A stretch of DNA of 54,775 bases, from positions 1 through 54,775 of the forward strand of contig CAYZYT010000015.1 of the NCBI GenBank assembly GCA_964482725.1. Reading direction: 5' to 3'. How positions within the stretch are numbered: position 1 is the first letter of the stretch; every line of letters starts with the position of its first letter. Under the pieces are notes generated by a model that ran no database searches, was not told where the DNA came from, and saw only the letters and a program-made list of their open reading frames with translations. Of the stretch, positions 17,686-26,341 are shown piece after piece. This DNA is from an uncultured bacterium. Its GTDB lineage: Bacteria; Omnitrophota; Omnitrophia; Omnitrophales; Aquincolibacteriaceae. A program made the position numbers and the translations under genes.

Positions 17686-18596
17686 GAAAAGTGATTTCCA
17701 GAGACTCTGACAACGCCGTCATTCTGAGGACGAAGGCCGAAGAATCTAAATGGAGATCCTTCGCTTCGCTCAGGATGACGGGGCTTTTGTTAGGAACTCT
17801 TAGTCTTTGCGCTATGCTAAGTATGAACGCGTCGGTGGGTGCGGCGTCCTCCAAACGGGATTCCTCGGTAGTCGACGTCGTTCGTGACTGGGGATCGAAC
17901 GTGGTCAATATCGGTACGGAAAAGGTCGCCCTTCTCCGGCAGCAGCCTTTTTGGCGGGGGTATGGACACGAGTACGACGCAGCTTTTCAAAACTTTTTTG
18001 GGCCCCAAATGATCAGCCAGGTCAAAGTTAAAAGCATCGGCTCTGGAGTGATCCTGGATTCCACCGGGCTTATCGTCACCAACGCTCATGTGGTCAATAG
18101 GGCGAGCCGCGTCTACGTGACTCTCAGCGATGGCGTGAGCGTCGAAGGGACGATCCTCGCGGTCAATCAGCCCGATGACCTGGCTTTGGTGAAAATCGAG
18201 CCGATGCATCCTTTTAAAGAGATGAAAATGATCGCGGCCCGGGATGTTCTTGTGGGGGAGACCGTGATCGCGATCGGCAATCCCCTGGGCCTTGAGAATT
18301 CTGTTTCGGCAGGCGTCGTGAGTGGGAAGAAAAGGGTTTTCGGGAATCCGCAAAGAGGCGTTGTCATGACCGATCTTATCCAAACCGATGCCGCGATCAA
18401 TGCCGGGAACAGCGGGGGCGCTCTCTTGAACCTGGATGGGGAGCTTGTCGGCGTCAATCTCGCGGTCGCGCAAAATGCCGTCAATATCGGCTTCGTGGTT
18501 CCCACGGACAAGATCAAGGCTTTGGTCGAGCAATATCACGTACGGCAACAGGAAAAAGAAAATCAATCTCCGGCTGCCGGGATTTCTATTCGCTGA
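17682..18596 (+). CDS. Trypsin-like S1C (HtrA-type) serine protease without PDZ domain
   Basis: GSGVI..IVTNAHVV, DLAL, QTDAAINAGNSGGAL; start uncertain because a repeat occupies 17718-17779. Confidence 0.88.
   Translation: MRKVISRDSDNAVILRTKAEESKWRSFASLRMTGLLLGTLSLCAMLSMNASVGAASSKRDSSVVDVVRDWGSNVVNIGTEKVALLRQQPFWRGYGHEYDAAFQNFFGPQMISQVKVKSIGSGVILDSTGLIVTNAHVVNRASRVYVTLSDGVSVEGTILAVNQPDDLALVKIEPMHPFKEMKMIAARDVLVGETVIAIGNPLGLENSVSAGVVSGKKRVFGNPQRGVVMTDLIQTDAAINAGNSGGALLNLDGELVGVNLAVAQNAVNIGFVVPTDKIKALVEQYHVRQQEKENQSPAAGISIR
17718..17779. repeat. GTCAT(T/C)CTGAG-family element within the protease N-terminal region
   Basis: GTCATTCTGAG..GAAGAATCT..AGATCCTTCGCTTCGCTCAGGATGAC. Confidence 0.85.
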
Positions 18597-18686
18597 AGGC
18601 ATGGTAAGGCGCGTGTTTTATGAAGCGATGGATTCTTTAAGGTCGTGGCAGGCCATGGGCCGACACGCCTCAGGACATGAGATGTT

Positions 18687-19262
18687 ATGAAAAAAATACT
18701 CGTTATTAATGGGAGCCCGAAAAAAGACGGGAATACGGCGGCCCTGGCGGAGTGGTTCCGGGAAGGGGCGCATGCCCAAGGCGCTGCGGTGGAGGTGGTT
18801 CACGCCGCGTTCCTTAAAACAAAATATGCGGGGTGCAATGCCTGCCGGAAATGCCAGGAAGCAAAACCGTATGGCTGCGTGATCGAAGATGAAGTGAGCT
18901 CGGTATTATTGAAAATGCTTGAGGCGGATGCGATCGTAATGGCCTCGCCTCTTTATTTTTTTTCCGTGAGCGCGCAGCTCAAGATCCTTATGGACCGGAT
19001 GTTCTCGCTTTATAAATGGGACAATGCGGCGGGCACTCTGGAGACCCGGCTCAAAGGGAAGACCCTGGTCCTTCTCGGAAGCGCCTATGAAGATCTGGGT
19101 ATGGAGGCTTTTGAAAAACCTTTTTTGCTGACAGCGGAATATACAGGGATGCCCTATAGCTCTTTATTGGTTCCGAATGCTGGCGTTTCCGGAGAGATCC
19201 AAAACAAGCCCGGGGTTCGTGAAAAAGCGATGGTTTTGGGTGCGAAGATCGCACGCGAATGA
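18687..19262 (+). CDS. Flavodoxin-like iron-sulfur flavoprotein / NADPH-dependent FMN reductase family
   Basis: INGSPKKDGNT, CxxCxxC...C, ASPLYF. Confidence 0.88.
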   Translation: MKKILVINGSPKKDGNTAALAEWFREGAHAQGAAVEVVHAAFLKTKYAGCNACRKCQEAKPYGCVIEDEVSSVLLKMLEADAIVMASPLYFFSVSAQLKILMDRMFSLYKWDNAAGTLETRLKGKTLVLLGSAYEDLGMEAFEKPFLLTAEYTGMPYSSLLVPNAGVSGEIQNKPGVREKAMVLGAKIARE

Positions 19263-19328
19263 TCCTAGAGAAAAACCTACGGAGAGGAAGGCGGTCCTGT
19301 GTTGAAGGTGCCGCTTAATTTCTAAATA

Positions 19329-19979
19329 ATGAAAAAGCTGATCCTTTACGATCTCGACGGAACGCTGGTGGACACGCGTCAGGATATTATCAACGGCGTG
19401 CGGTATGCCCTTGACGCGCTGAAAGGGCCGGACCTCACGGATGATGAGATCAAGGATTGCGTTGGGACCGGTCTTCATGCTCTTATTAAACAAGTGTTCC
19501 GCACGGAAGATGAGAAGCTCGCCGAACGGGGCTCGAAGCTTTACCGGGAGCATTACAAAAAGCACATGCTGGACCACACCCATCTTTATGCCGGGGCGCG
19601 TGAATTTCTGGAATATTTCCAGGATCGCAAGCAGGCGGTCATCACGAACAAGCCGAATCCTTTTTCTTCGCAGATCCTCGAGGCGCTCGGCGTGGCTCAT
19701 TTTTTTATCGCGATATTGGCCGGCGACAATGGCCTTCCCTTTAAGCCGGATCCGGCGGCGATCCATCACTTGATCGAAAAAACGGATGCAACGGAGGACG
19801 AAGTGCTCTTTGTGGGGGATAGCCCCATCGATATCCAGGCGGCGCGGAATGCGGGGGTGGAAGTCGTGACGCTCTCGCACGGGTTCGCAAGTGAGGCGAC
19901 GCTGCGCGAAGCGAAGCCCGATCACATTGTTCGCGATTTTGAGGAGTTGACGAAGCTTTCGAAGCAAATGCACTGGTAG
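19329..19979 (+). CDS. HAD-family hydrolase (phosphoglycolate phosphatase-like)
   Basis: DLDGTLVD, TNK, KPDP, VGDS..DI. Confidence 0.88.
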   Translation: MKKLILYDLDGTLVDTRQDIINGVRYALDALKGPDLTDDEIKDCVGTGLHALIKQVFRTEDEKLAERGSKLYREHYKKHMLDHTHLYAGAREFLEYFQDRKQAVITNKPNPFSSQILEALGVAHFFIAILAGDNGLPFKPDPAAIHHLIEKTDATEDEVLFVGDSPIDIQAARNAGVEVVTLSHGFASEATLREAKPDHIVRDFEELTKLSKQMHW

Positions 19980-20028
19980 TGAACGACCTCGCTGCGAGAA
20001 GGCCGGAGAAAAAGGATGGTAAAGTTTG

Positions 20029-20922
20029 ATGAAAGAAGCTAATGTACCCGCCATGAATGAACCTATTTCTCAGCCCATTCCCGGAGCGATCGCCGTCGGG
20101 GATCTTGTCCTCGTGTATTTCGATGACGAGCGGACCTACATGATCGATGTCACTCCCGGAAAACGTGTGTCGATCCATTGCGGGAAACCTCTCTCCGTGG
20201 ATGAATGGATCGGTCAGCCGTTCGGTAAGAAGATCATTTGCGAACACGGTTTTTGTTATCTTCTGAAGCCCACGATGGAAGACCTCATGATGAAGGCCTC
20301 ACGCGAGAGCGGCATTATTTATCCTAAAGATGCTGCGCTTCTTATTATGAAAGCCGGCATCCACAGCGGCTCCAAGGTCATGGAGATCGGCACGGGCTCC
20401 GGGTCGCTGACCATGGCGCTCGCGCAGGCTGTAGCTCCGAACGGTCACGTGTTCTCATATGACCGTCGCGAAGACCTTCCCAAAAATGCGTACAAGAATA
20501 TTCAGCGTGCCGGGCTCAGCAGCTTTGTTACCTTTTGCCAGCGGCAGGCGATGGATTCTTTTTCCGAAAAAGATTTTGATGCGGTGACTCTGGATATCCC
20601 TCAGCCCTGGGAAGAAGTGACCGTCGTGAAGCAGGCCCTGAAACCCGGCGGCCGCCTCGTGAGTCTGAACCCGACCTTCAATCAGATCGAAAAGATGGCG
20701 GAGGCGCTTCGCGAGCAGGGGTTTATTCTCGTGGAAGCCCGGGAACTTTTGGAGCGAGAGATCCTTGCTCGTGCCGGAAAGACCCGGCCCGTGCAGCGTA
20801 TGATCGGGCATACCGAATTCATGCTTTTCGCTGTTCGGCCTGCCGATGGGACCGGAACTCCGAGCCCCGAAACTCCAGGCGCTCAAGATCCGAGCTTGCA
20901 GGCTCCCGGAAATATTATCTAA
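20029..20922 (+). CDS. trmI: tRNA (adenine(58)-N1)-methyltransferase
   Basis: IIYPKD, EIGTGSGSLT, LDIPQPW, MIGHTEF. Confidence 0.9.
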   Translation: MKEANVPAMNEPISQPIPGAIAVGDLVLVYFDDERTYMIDVTPGKRVSIHCGKPLSVDEWIGQPFGKKIICEHGFCYLLKPTMEDLMMKASRESGIIYPKDAALLIMKAGIHSGSKVMEIGTGSGSLTMALAQAVAPNGHVFSYDRREDLPKNAYKNIQRAGLSSFVTFCQRQAMDSFSEKDFDAVTLDIPQPWEEVTVVKQALKPGGRLVSLNPTFNQIEKMAEALREQGFILVEARELLEREILARAGKTRPVQRMIGHTEFMLFAVRPADGTGTPSPETPGAQDPSLQAPGNII

Positions 20923-20994
20923 GAGACCCTTGGTTTTTACGTGTTAGGACTTTTGGGCTCGGGACTCAACTCGGTTGTTTCAAGTCTTTTGTCG

Positions 20995-21023
20995 TTGATT
21001 TCAAAAATTCAATCTGATACACT
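20995..21023 (+). promoter_or_regulatory. Probable sigma70 promoter for the lipoprotein gene
   Basis: TTGATT-17 nt-TACACT with TGn extension. Confidence 0.5.
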
Positions 21024-21082
21024 TTGAACCTGCGAACGGAATAATTTTTCTAACCAACGCATAGACTCACAGGAGAAAAACA

Positions 21083-21550
21083 ATGGGAAAAGCTACACGT
21101 TTAACAATGCTGATGTTGATGGTCTGCTTGATTGCTTTGAGCGGTTGCGCCTCAAGGAAAACCGGAAAGAAAGTGGATACGATTCAGGCGCAAGTCAACG
21201 CGATGACCGATGAGCTCGTGCGTTTGGATCAGTCGCTCCAGGATACTCGCGCTGCGTTGCAGACCCAAGAAGGCGGAGGTGTTTCGGGATCCGGGGCTGT
21301 TTCTTCGGGTGAAGGCGCCACGGTCGGCGGAATGTATCGCACGCCATCCGGTTTTGAAATTCCTTCCGTGAACATCCAGAAGGCCCTCAAGAAAGCCGGT
21401 TATTACAATGGCGCGATTGATGGCAAGGTCGGTCCGGGAACCCGTGACTCGATCGCTTCTTTCCAGAAGGATAACGGACTTACCGCGGACGGTGTTTGTG
21501 GACGCGGGACTTGGGCCAAGCTCAAGAGTTATCTCGAAGCCATTAAGTAA
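21083..21550 (+). CDS. Lipoprotein with coiled coil and C-terminal peptidoglycan-binding domain
   Basis: Lipobox LSGC; IQKALKKAGYY.G.IDG.VG..T...I..FQ..NGL.ADG. Confidence 0.88.
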   Translation: MGKATRLTMLMLMVCLIALSGCASRKTGKKVDTIQAQVNAMTDELVRLDQSLQDTRAALQTQEGGGVSGSGAVSSGEGATVGGMYRTPSGFEIPSVNIQKALKKAGYYNGAIDGKVGPGTRDSIASFQKDNGLTADGVCGRGTWAKLKSYLEAIK

Positions 21551-21573
21551 GCTTTAAAGTTTTCGGATTTTTC

Positions 21574-21613
21574 AAAAGGGGCAGTTCCGGTAATCGGAAC
21601 TGCCCCTTTTTTT
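21574..21613 (+). terminator. Rho-independent terminator
   Basis: AAAAGGGGCAGTTCCG-GTAAT-CGGAACTGCCCC followed by a T run. Confidence 0.9.
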
Positions 21614-21665
21614 CTTTCCACGTGTCGAATGGGGCGGCTTAGTCCAATTGCACTTCGATCAATTA

Positions 21666-22038
21666 CAAAAGAGAATGCTTCGGGCCTGAGCCTCGTCATC
21701 ACTCAGGAATCCCCGGCGAGGATTCCCTCGTTCGCCCTCCAGTCCTTGTCTCTTATTCATTTTCATGATGGCGACAAGGACAGCCCCAATTTCCACTCTG
21801 TGGAAATTGATAAGTATTGGGACAGTCCTCGCTCCTTCTCTTCGAGAAGTCCCTGCCCGCTCGTCCTTCCAGCGTGCCTCGTCTCAACCCTTCGCCTTCT
21901 CTTGTGCTGAGGAGGCGGGAAGTGTGGTAAGCCACGCTAAGGAGGCCGAGTGCCAAGGTTTTACAGCGAGGCCGACGCTCGCGAGTGAGGCCATGCCTCG
22001 GTGGGGCAGGGCGAACGTTGGCGAAACACACTTCCCGC
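21666..22038. repeat. Cluster of nested palindromic / MITE-like elements
   Basis: Contains the 21742-21829 repeat (copy at 4897) and a 12-bp inverted repeat GCGGGAAGTGTG (21915-21926) / CACACTTCCCGC (22027-22038). Confidence 0.55.
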
Positions 22039-22214
22039 TGAATCTCTTGATTGTGGACAGCGTGCTAGTTGAGAGTGGAATTGGGACTGTTCCTTTTGTT
22101 TTTGATGCTTCCTTGTTACAATACCCGCCTCATGTCCTGGCCTCCATTTTATTTTCATAAAAGGTTGCCAGGACTTGCCCAATTAACCTTTAAATTTTGA
22201 ATAGAGAATTGGAC

Positions 22215-23483
22215 ATGTTATCCCGCGCACTTCGATCTATTATGTTTCCGGTTTTATTTTTCTGTGCGATCGTGCCGGCTTTTTCGGCCGATTCGCTCAG
22301 AGATCTTTCCCTTTCCTTGCCCAAGGACCTCAAGGCTTTTTGCAAGATCCGCATTCTTGTTCAGCGCGATAAACCTCAGGTCCAGGTCAGCGTTCCGGCT
22401 TCTTTCGAAGTGCTTGATGACCAGGGACGTTCGATCACCCGCGGGGAGAAACTCGCGGGCGCGACCGTGAAGCCCGTCGGGCAAGGTATTCAGTGGTGGG
22501 ACAGAATCGTTCCCACGCGTTTTCTTGTCGTAAAAAGCATGGGCAATGGGATACGAGTCGGCGCGAGCGGGGTTTATCGTGACGAAGTTCTGATCTACAA
22601 GAATTCCAAAGGAAGTCTGGATGTTATCAGCAGGCTCGAGCTCGAAGATTATTTGAAAAGCGTGATCCCCTTCGAGGGAAATCCCAAGTGGGCCCTTGAA
22701 TCGCTTAAAGCGCAGGCCATTGTATCGCGGACGTTCGCGCTCACAAAAATGCTCGCCCGCCGCGAAGAGGAATACGATGTGTCGGCGGGTTTCATGAGCC
22801 AGGTTTATGCCGGCAAGCAGATCGAGAACGAGCGAACCAATCAGGCGGTCGACGCGACCCGCGGGCAAGTACTGCTTTATAAGGAAAAGATCTTTCCCGC
22901 TTATTTTCATTCGACATGCGGGGGCGCGACGACGGCAGCCGATCTCGTGTGGCGCGTGAAGCCGCTAGCGCCCTTAGGTGGTGTGGAATGCAAGTTTTGC
23001 CAGCGTTCTCCTCATTATAAATGGGAAGCGGTCGTCACACCGGCCGAGATCAAACAAAAATTGGCAAAACAAGAGATGCCGGTCCAGGACGTGCTCGCTA
23101 TCCGGACGGACAAGATCGACCGGACGGGCCGCGCGCATAAATTCGTGATCCAAAGCACCTGGGCGGAGAAGGTCGTGGACGCGGACGCATTCCGGGTATG
23201 GATCGATCCGATGCGCCTTAAAAGTAATTTGATCACGAAGATCAGAGCGAATGACGCGGGGGCTTTCGTCTTCAAGGGAAAAGGCTGGGGCCATGGCGTG
23301 GGGATGTGCCAGTACGGGATGAAATATCTCGGAGAACTGGGTTATACCTATCAGGGGATCCTGGAGTATTATTATCCGGGTGCGACGATCGCCAGTCTTC
23401 CGGGGTCCTCCGATCCGGCCCCAGCGGACGCCCCGGCGAAGAAATCGGGAACAAGCCTCTGGAGTGACCTGGTCGGCGATTAG
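22215..23483 (+). CDS. SpoIID/LytB-domain protein (lytic transglycosylase family)
   Basis: LEDYLKSVIP.E, LKAQAIVSRT, YFHSTCGG, GWGHGVGMCQYG, ILEYYYPG; start between 22197 and 22242. Confidence 0.9.
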   Translation: MLSRALRSIMFPVLFFCAIVPAFSADSLRDLSLSLPKDLKAFCKIRILVQRDKPQVQVSVPASFEVLDDQGRSITRGEKLAGATVKPVGQGIQWWDRIVPTRFLVVKSMGNGIRVGASGVYRDEVLIYKNSKGSLDVISRLELEDYLKSVIPFEGNPKWALESLKAQAIVSRTFALTKMLARREEEYDVSAGFMSQVYAGKQIENERTNQAVDATRGQVLLYKEKIFPAYFHSTCGGATTAADLVWRVKPLAPLGGVECKFCQRSPHYKWEAVVTPAEIKQKLAKQEMPVQDVLAIRTDKIDRTGRAHKFVIQSTWAEKVVDADAFRVWIDPMRLKSNLITKIRANDAGAFVFKGKGWGHGVGMCQYGMKYLGELGYTYQGILEYYYPGATIASLPGSSDPAPADAPAKKSGTSLWSDLVGD

Positions 23484-23488
23484 CTGTT

Positions 23489-23516
23489 TTGGAAATCGCT
23501 CCTTTTCCGCTATAAT
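23489..23516 (+). promoter_or_regulatory. Probable tRNA promoter
   Basis: TTGGAA-16 nt-TATAAT followed by GC-rich discriminator GCCGC. Confidence 0.55.
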
Positions 23517-23696
23517 GCCGCACCTGTTAAGATGGGAAGGCTGGATTCGATAAGTTAAAAGAAATCATAAGGTTGCATGCGCGCGCACCGCGGTGCCGGC
23601 GCGAGCAAGACGTCTATTAAAAGAAAGATGCATGCGCCCGCCCCACAGGGGCTGGTCGCAAACAAGCTTTTATTAAAAGAAAAATGAATGTGGTTT

Positions 23697-23770
23697 GCGC
23701 CCGTAGCTCAATTGGATAGAGTGTCGCCCTCCGAAGGCGAAGGTTGGCAGTTCGACCCTGCCCGGGCGCA
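23697..23770 (+). tRNA. tRNA-Arg(CCG), CCA not encoded
   Basis: Acceptor GCGCCCG/CGGGCGC, D-arm GCTC..GAGT, anticodon stem TCGCC/GGCGA with loop CT-CCG-AA, T-loop GTTCGAC. Confidence 0.95.
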
Positions 23771-23829
23771 TTTTTTATAACGGTAGAGAAATCACTCCGA
23801 AAAACCCCATTGAAGGAGTCGTCCCCACC

Positions 23830-24522
23830 ATGAAAACTTCAAAAATATTTAACATGGTTTTGCTCGGCATCTTGGGTGTCGCGATCGTGCTGGCCGGAGT
23901 CGGTGTGAACCAGTGGATCCAAAAAGAGCGCGTGCTGCGCAAGGTGATTGAGCGGCTTCACGCGGTGACACGCATGGCGGATGTGCTTGTCACCAAAAGC
24001 GAGTTCGATGAAGCCACGAAGAAGATCAAGACGACGATCAAGTTCCTCGAGTATGACGCGCAGGGGAAGCCCCTGGAGCCGAAGTATTTTTCTTTTGAGG
24101 GCAACATTATCCAGTTCCAGTCGCTTGTGATCCGCTTCAATGACAAGCTTGTCGAGGCCGGAGACCGGTTGCGGGGGAAAAGCGCGGCCTTTTTCATGAA
24201 AGCCTTTGTGCTGGATGGGGCTAACACTCAGGAATTCGAGATCACAAAAGCGAATGGAGTTCCGGGAGGTTACGAGGTTTCCGGAAAAACGAACGAGTTC
24301 GAGCTGAAACTTTGGAAGGAATTCTGGGATTACGCGCTCGATCCTAAAAAGCGCGACCGCGCCGGGATCAAAAATGCGCAGATCGAAGCTCCGGGCTCTA
24401 TGTTTCTTCCGGGCACCATTTATACGTTAAAGATCGAACATGACGGGGGTCTTCGGATCGACGCGAGCCCCGTTCCCGAGATCCTCAAAGGCGAAAGAAT
24501 CGAGAATGCCGCGAAGCCCTAA
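23830..24522 (+). CDS. Hypothetical membrane-anchored protein
   Basis: 230-aa ORF with AAGGAG RBS and an N-terminal TM helix. Confidence 0.75.
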   Translation: MKTSKIFNMVLLGILGVAIVLAGVGVNQWIQKERVLRKVIERLHAVTRMADVLVTKSEFDEATKKIKTTIKFLEYDAQGKPLEPKYFSFEGNIIQFQSLVIRFNDKLVEAGDRLRGKSAAFFMKAFVLDGANTQEFEITKANGVPGGYEVSGKTNEFELKLWKEFWDYALDPKKRDRAGIKNAQIEAPGSMFLPGTIYTLKIEHDGGLRIDASPVPEILKGERIENAAKP

Positions 24523-25036
24523 AAAAAAGATCCGCCGGATCAGTGTTCTTGGGAGCGGCAAAGTTCGGGCGGGGGATCCTGTCTACCAACAGGCCGTAAA
24601 GCTCGGGAAAGCTCTCGGGCAGGAAGGATTTACGGTGTTTCATGGCGGGTTCCGAGGTGTCATGGAAGCGGTCGCCAGGGGTTCTCGAGAGGCCAAAGGA
24701 CGCAATGTCGGCGTTACGATTCGCGGAGCTTCAAAGAAAGAGCACTCCCTTGTCGATGCCGAGATCAAGATGCCCTGTTGGCAAAGCCGCCTTTTCAAGC
24801 TGATCGAGATGGGTGAGGCGTATGTTTTTCTGGAGGGTGCGACAGGTACGCTTGCGGAACTCTTTGTCGTTATTGAAATGACAAACCGTGGGCTGCTTAA
24901 GAAGCCCATCATCATTTTAGGAAAAAAACTTAAGCTGTTTCTCCGGATGTTAAAAAAAGATCCGCATTTCGATCTGCCCCGGACGGTCCATTTTGCCGCA
25001 TCGATCCCGCAAGTAATGAAGCTGCTCAAAAGGTGA
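24506..25036 (+). CDS. LOG/SLOG-family Rossmann-fold nucleotide-binding protein
   Basis: ISVLGS, HGGFRGVMEAVARG, EGATGTLAEL. Confidence 0.85.
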   Translation: MPRSPKKKIRRISVLGSGKVRAGDPVYQQAVKLGKALGQEGFTVFHGGFRGVMEAVARGSREAKGRNVGVTIRGASKKEHSLVDAEIKMPCWQSRLFKLIEMGEAYVFLEGATGTLAELFVVIEMTNRGLLKKPIIILGKKLKLFLRMLKKDPHFDLPRTVHFAASIPQVMKLLKR

Positions 25037-25042
25037 TGTGTG

Positions 25043-25119
25043 GGACCACAGACTAGAGACTTGAGACCAGAGCTTTTTTGGTTTTTAGTCTCCAGTCTCT
25101 CGTCTCATGTCTCCGGTCT
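25043..25119. repeat. Inverted heptamer-repeat element, AGAC type, abutting the queA ATG
   Basis: GGACCAC AGACTAG AGACTTG AGACCAG ... TAGTCTC CAGTCTC TCGTCTC ATGTCTC CGGTCT-ATG. Confidence 0.85.
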
Positions 25120-26298
25120 ATGAAATTATCCGATCTCGATTATCCGCTCCCGAAAGAAAAGATCGCTTTATTCCCGACGGACGACAGGCCGGCAGCGAAG
25201 CTTCTTTGCGTGGACCGCACAAGCGGCGTCTGCTCGCACAGGATCTTTCGCGATCTTCCGGAACTTTTGAAACCGACGGATCTCCTTGTTCTCAACGATA
25301 CCAAGGTTCTGCCCGCACGGCTTTTGGGTAAAAGGACGACCGGCGGCAAAGTGGAAGCGCTTCTCTTGAAGGAAGTCGGCGACAACGTTTGGGAGGCTTT
25401 GCTTAAACCCGGCGGACGTATTAAGGATGGCGAGCGGATCGTTTTTTCGAACGCGTCTCTCCGTCATCCTGAGGAACGAAGAGACGAAGGATCTCAAAAT
25501 GAGATTCTTCCCTCTGATCTTGCTTTCATAAGAAAGCACAGAGGTCAGAATGACGAAATGTTCGGGGGCGAGCTCGCGGGAACGGTCCTGAGTCCCGTTG
25601 AACCGGATTCCGGGAAACGCAGAATCCGGTTCGAGGGAGAACATGTAAAAGCAAAAATCAAACAACTCGGCCATATCCCGCTTCCTCCTTATATCACCCG
25701 GCCGGACGAGATGGCGGATCATGAGAACTATCAGACGGTCTTTGCCAAAGAAGAGGGGGCTGTGGCCGCGCCCACCGCAGGACTTCATTTTGATAAGCTG
25801 CTCCTCGAGAAACTAACCGCGATGGGGGTTGAGATCGCGCACGTGACGCTTCATGTGAGCTACGGGACTTTTCAACCGATCACGGCAGAACGTATCGAAG
25901 ACCATAAAATGTTCGAGGAAGAGTATGAGATCACAGAAGCCGCAGCCCGAAAGATCAATAAGGCAAAACAAGAAGGCCGGCGCGTGATCGTCTGCGGCAC
26001 CACCTGCGTTCGTGCGCTGGAGTCGGCGGTGATAACCAGGAACAACCTGGCAGGTTGCCACGGAAATTCAACCTGCCAGGTTGAATCGGGTTCGAAGGCC
26101 ACCTCCATCTTCATTTATCCGCCGTATGATTTCAAGATCGTCGACGGCCTGATCACGAACTTTCACATGCCCAAGAGCACGCTTCTGGCCATGGTTTCCG
26201 CATTTTTAGGATACGAAAAGTTGATGTCTGCGTATAATACCGCCCTCAGTTCGGACTATCGCTTTGCGTCGTACGGTGACGCCATGCTCATTAGCTAG
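25120..26298 (+). CDS. queA: S-adenosylmethionine:tRNA ribosyltransferase-isomerase, with two in-frame palindromic inserts
   Basis: LVLNDTKVLPARL, IPLPPYI, AAPTAGLHF, TNFHMPKST, SYGDAMLI. Confidence 0.95.
   Translation: MKLSDLDYPLPKEKIALFPTDDRPAAKLLCVDRTSGVCSHRIFRDLPELLKPTDLLVLNDTKVLPARLLGKRTTGGKVEALLLKEVGDNVWEALLKPGGRIKDGERIVFSNASLRHPEERRDEGSQNEILPSDLAFIRKHRGQNDEMFGGELAGTVLSPVEPDSGKRRIRFEGEHVKAKIKQLGHIPLPPYITRPDEMADHENYQTVFAKEEGAVAAPTAGLHFDKLLLEKLTAMGVEIAHVTLHVSYGTFQPITAERIEDHKMFEEEYEITEAAARKINKAKQEGRRVIVCGTTCVRALESAVITRNNLAGCHGNSTCQVESGSKATSIFIYPPYDFKIVDGLITNFHMPKSTLLAMVSAFLGYEKLMSAYNTALSSDYRFASYGDAMLIS
25463..25554. repeat. GTCAT(T/C)CTGAG-family element in frame in queA
   Basis: GTCATCCTGAG..GAAGGATCTC..GAGATTCTTC..TCAGAATGAC. 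Confidence 0.85.
26043..26083. repeat. Perfect 15-bp inverted repeat in frame in queA
   Basis: CAACCTGGCAGGTTG-11 nt-CAACCTGCCAGGTTG. Confidence 0.75.
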
Positions 26299-26341
26299 GG
26301 GATAGGTGAAAAATAGGAAATGGTAAAGGGCATGGAAAATC

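Noticed and set aside
21629-22180. RNase P RNA, SRP RNA or short ORFs
   Set aside because: Conserved signatures were not found on either strand, and the ORFs lack an RBS and motifs.
23534-23552. tmRNA 5' end (CTGGATTCGA)
   Set aside because: No matching 3' tRNA-like domain or tag reading frame.
23555-23696. CRISPR array
   Set aside because: Only a 10-nt shared core, the intervening parts resemble each other, and no cas genes or regular repeat-spacer array occur in the window.
23697-23830. tRNA-Arg as an integration site of an island
   Set aside because: No integrase and no duplicated tRNA 3' end seen; downstream genes are housekeeping.
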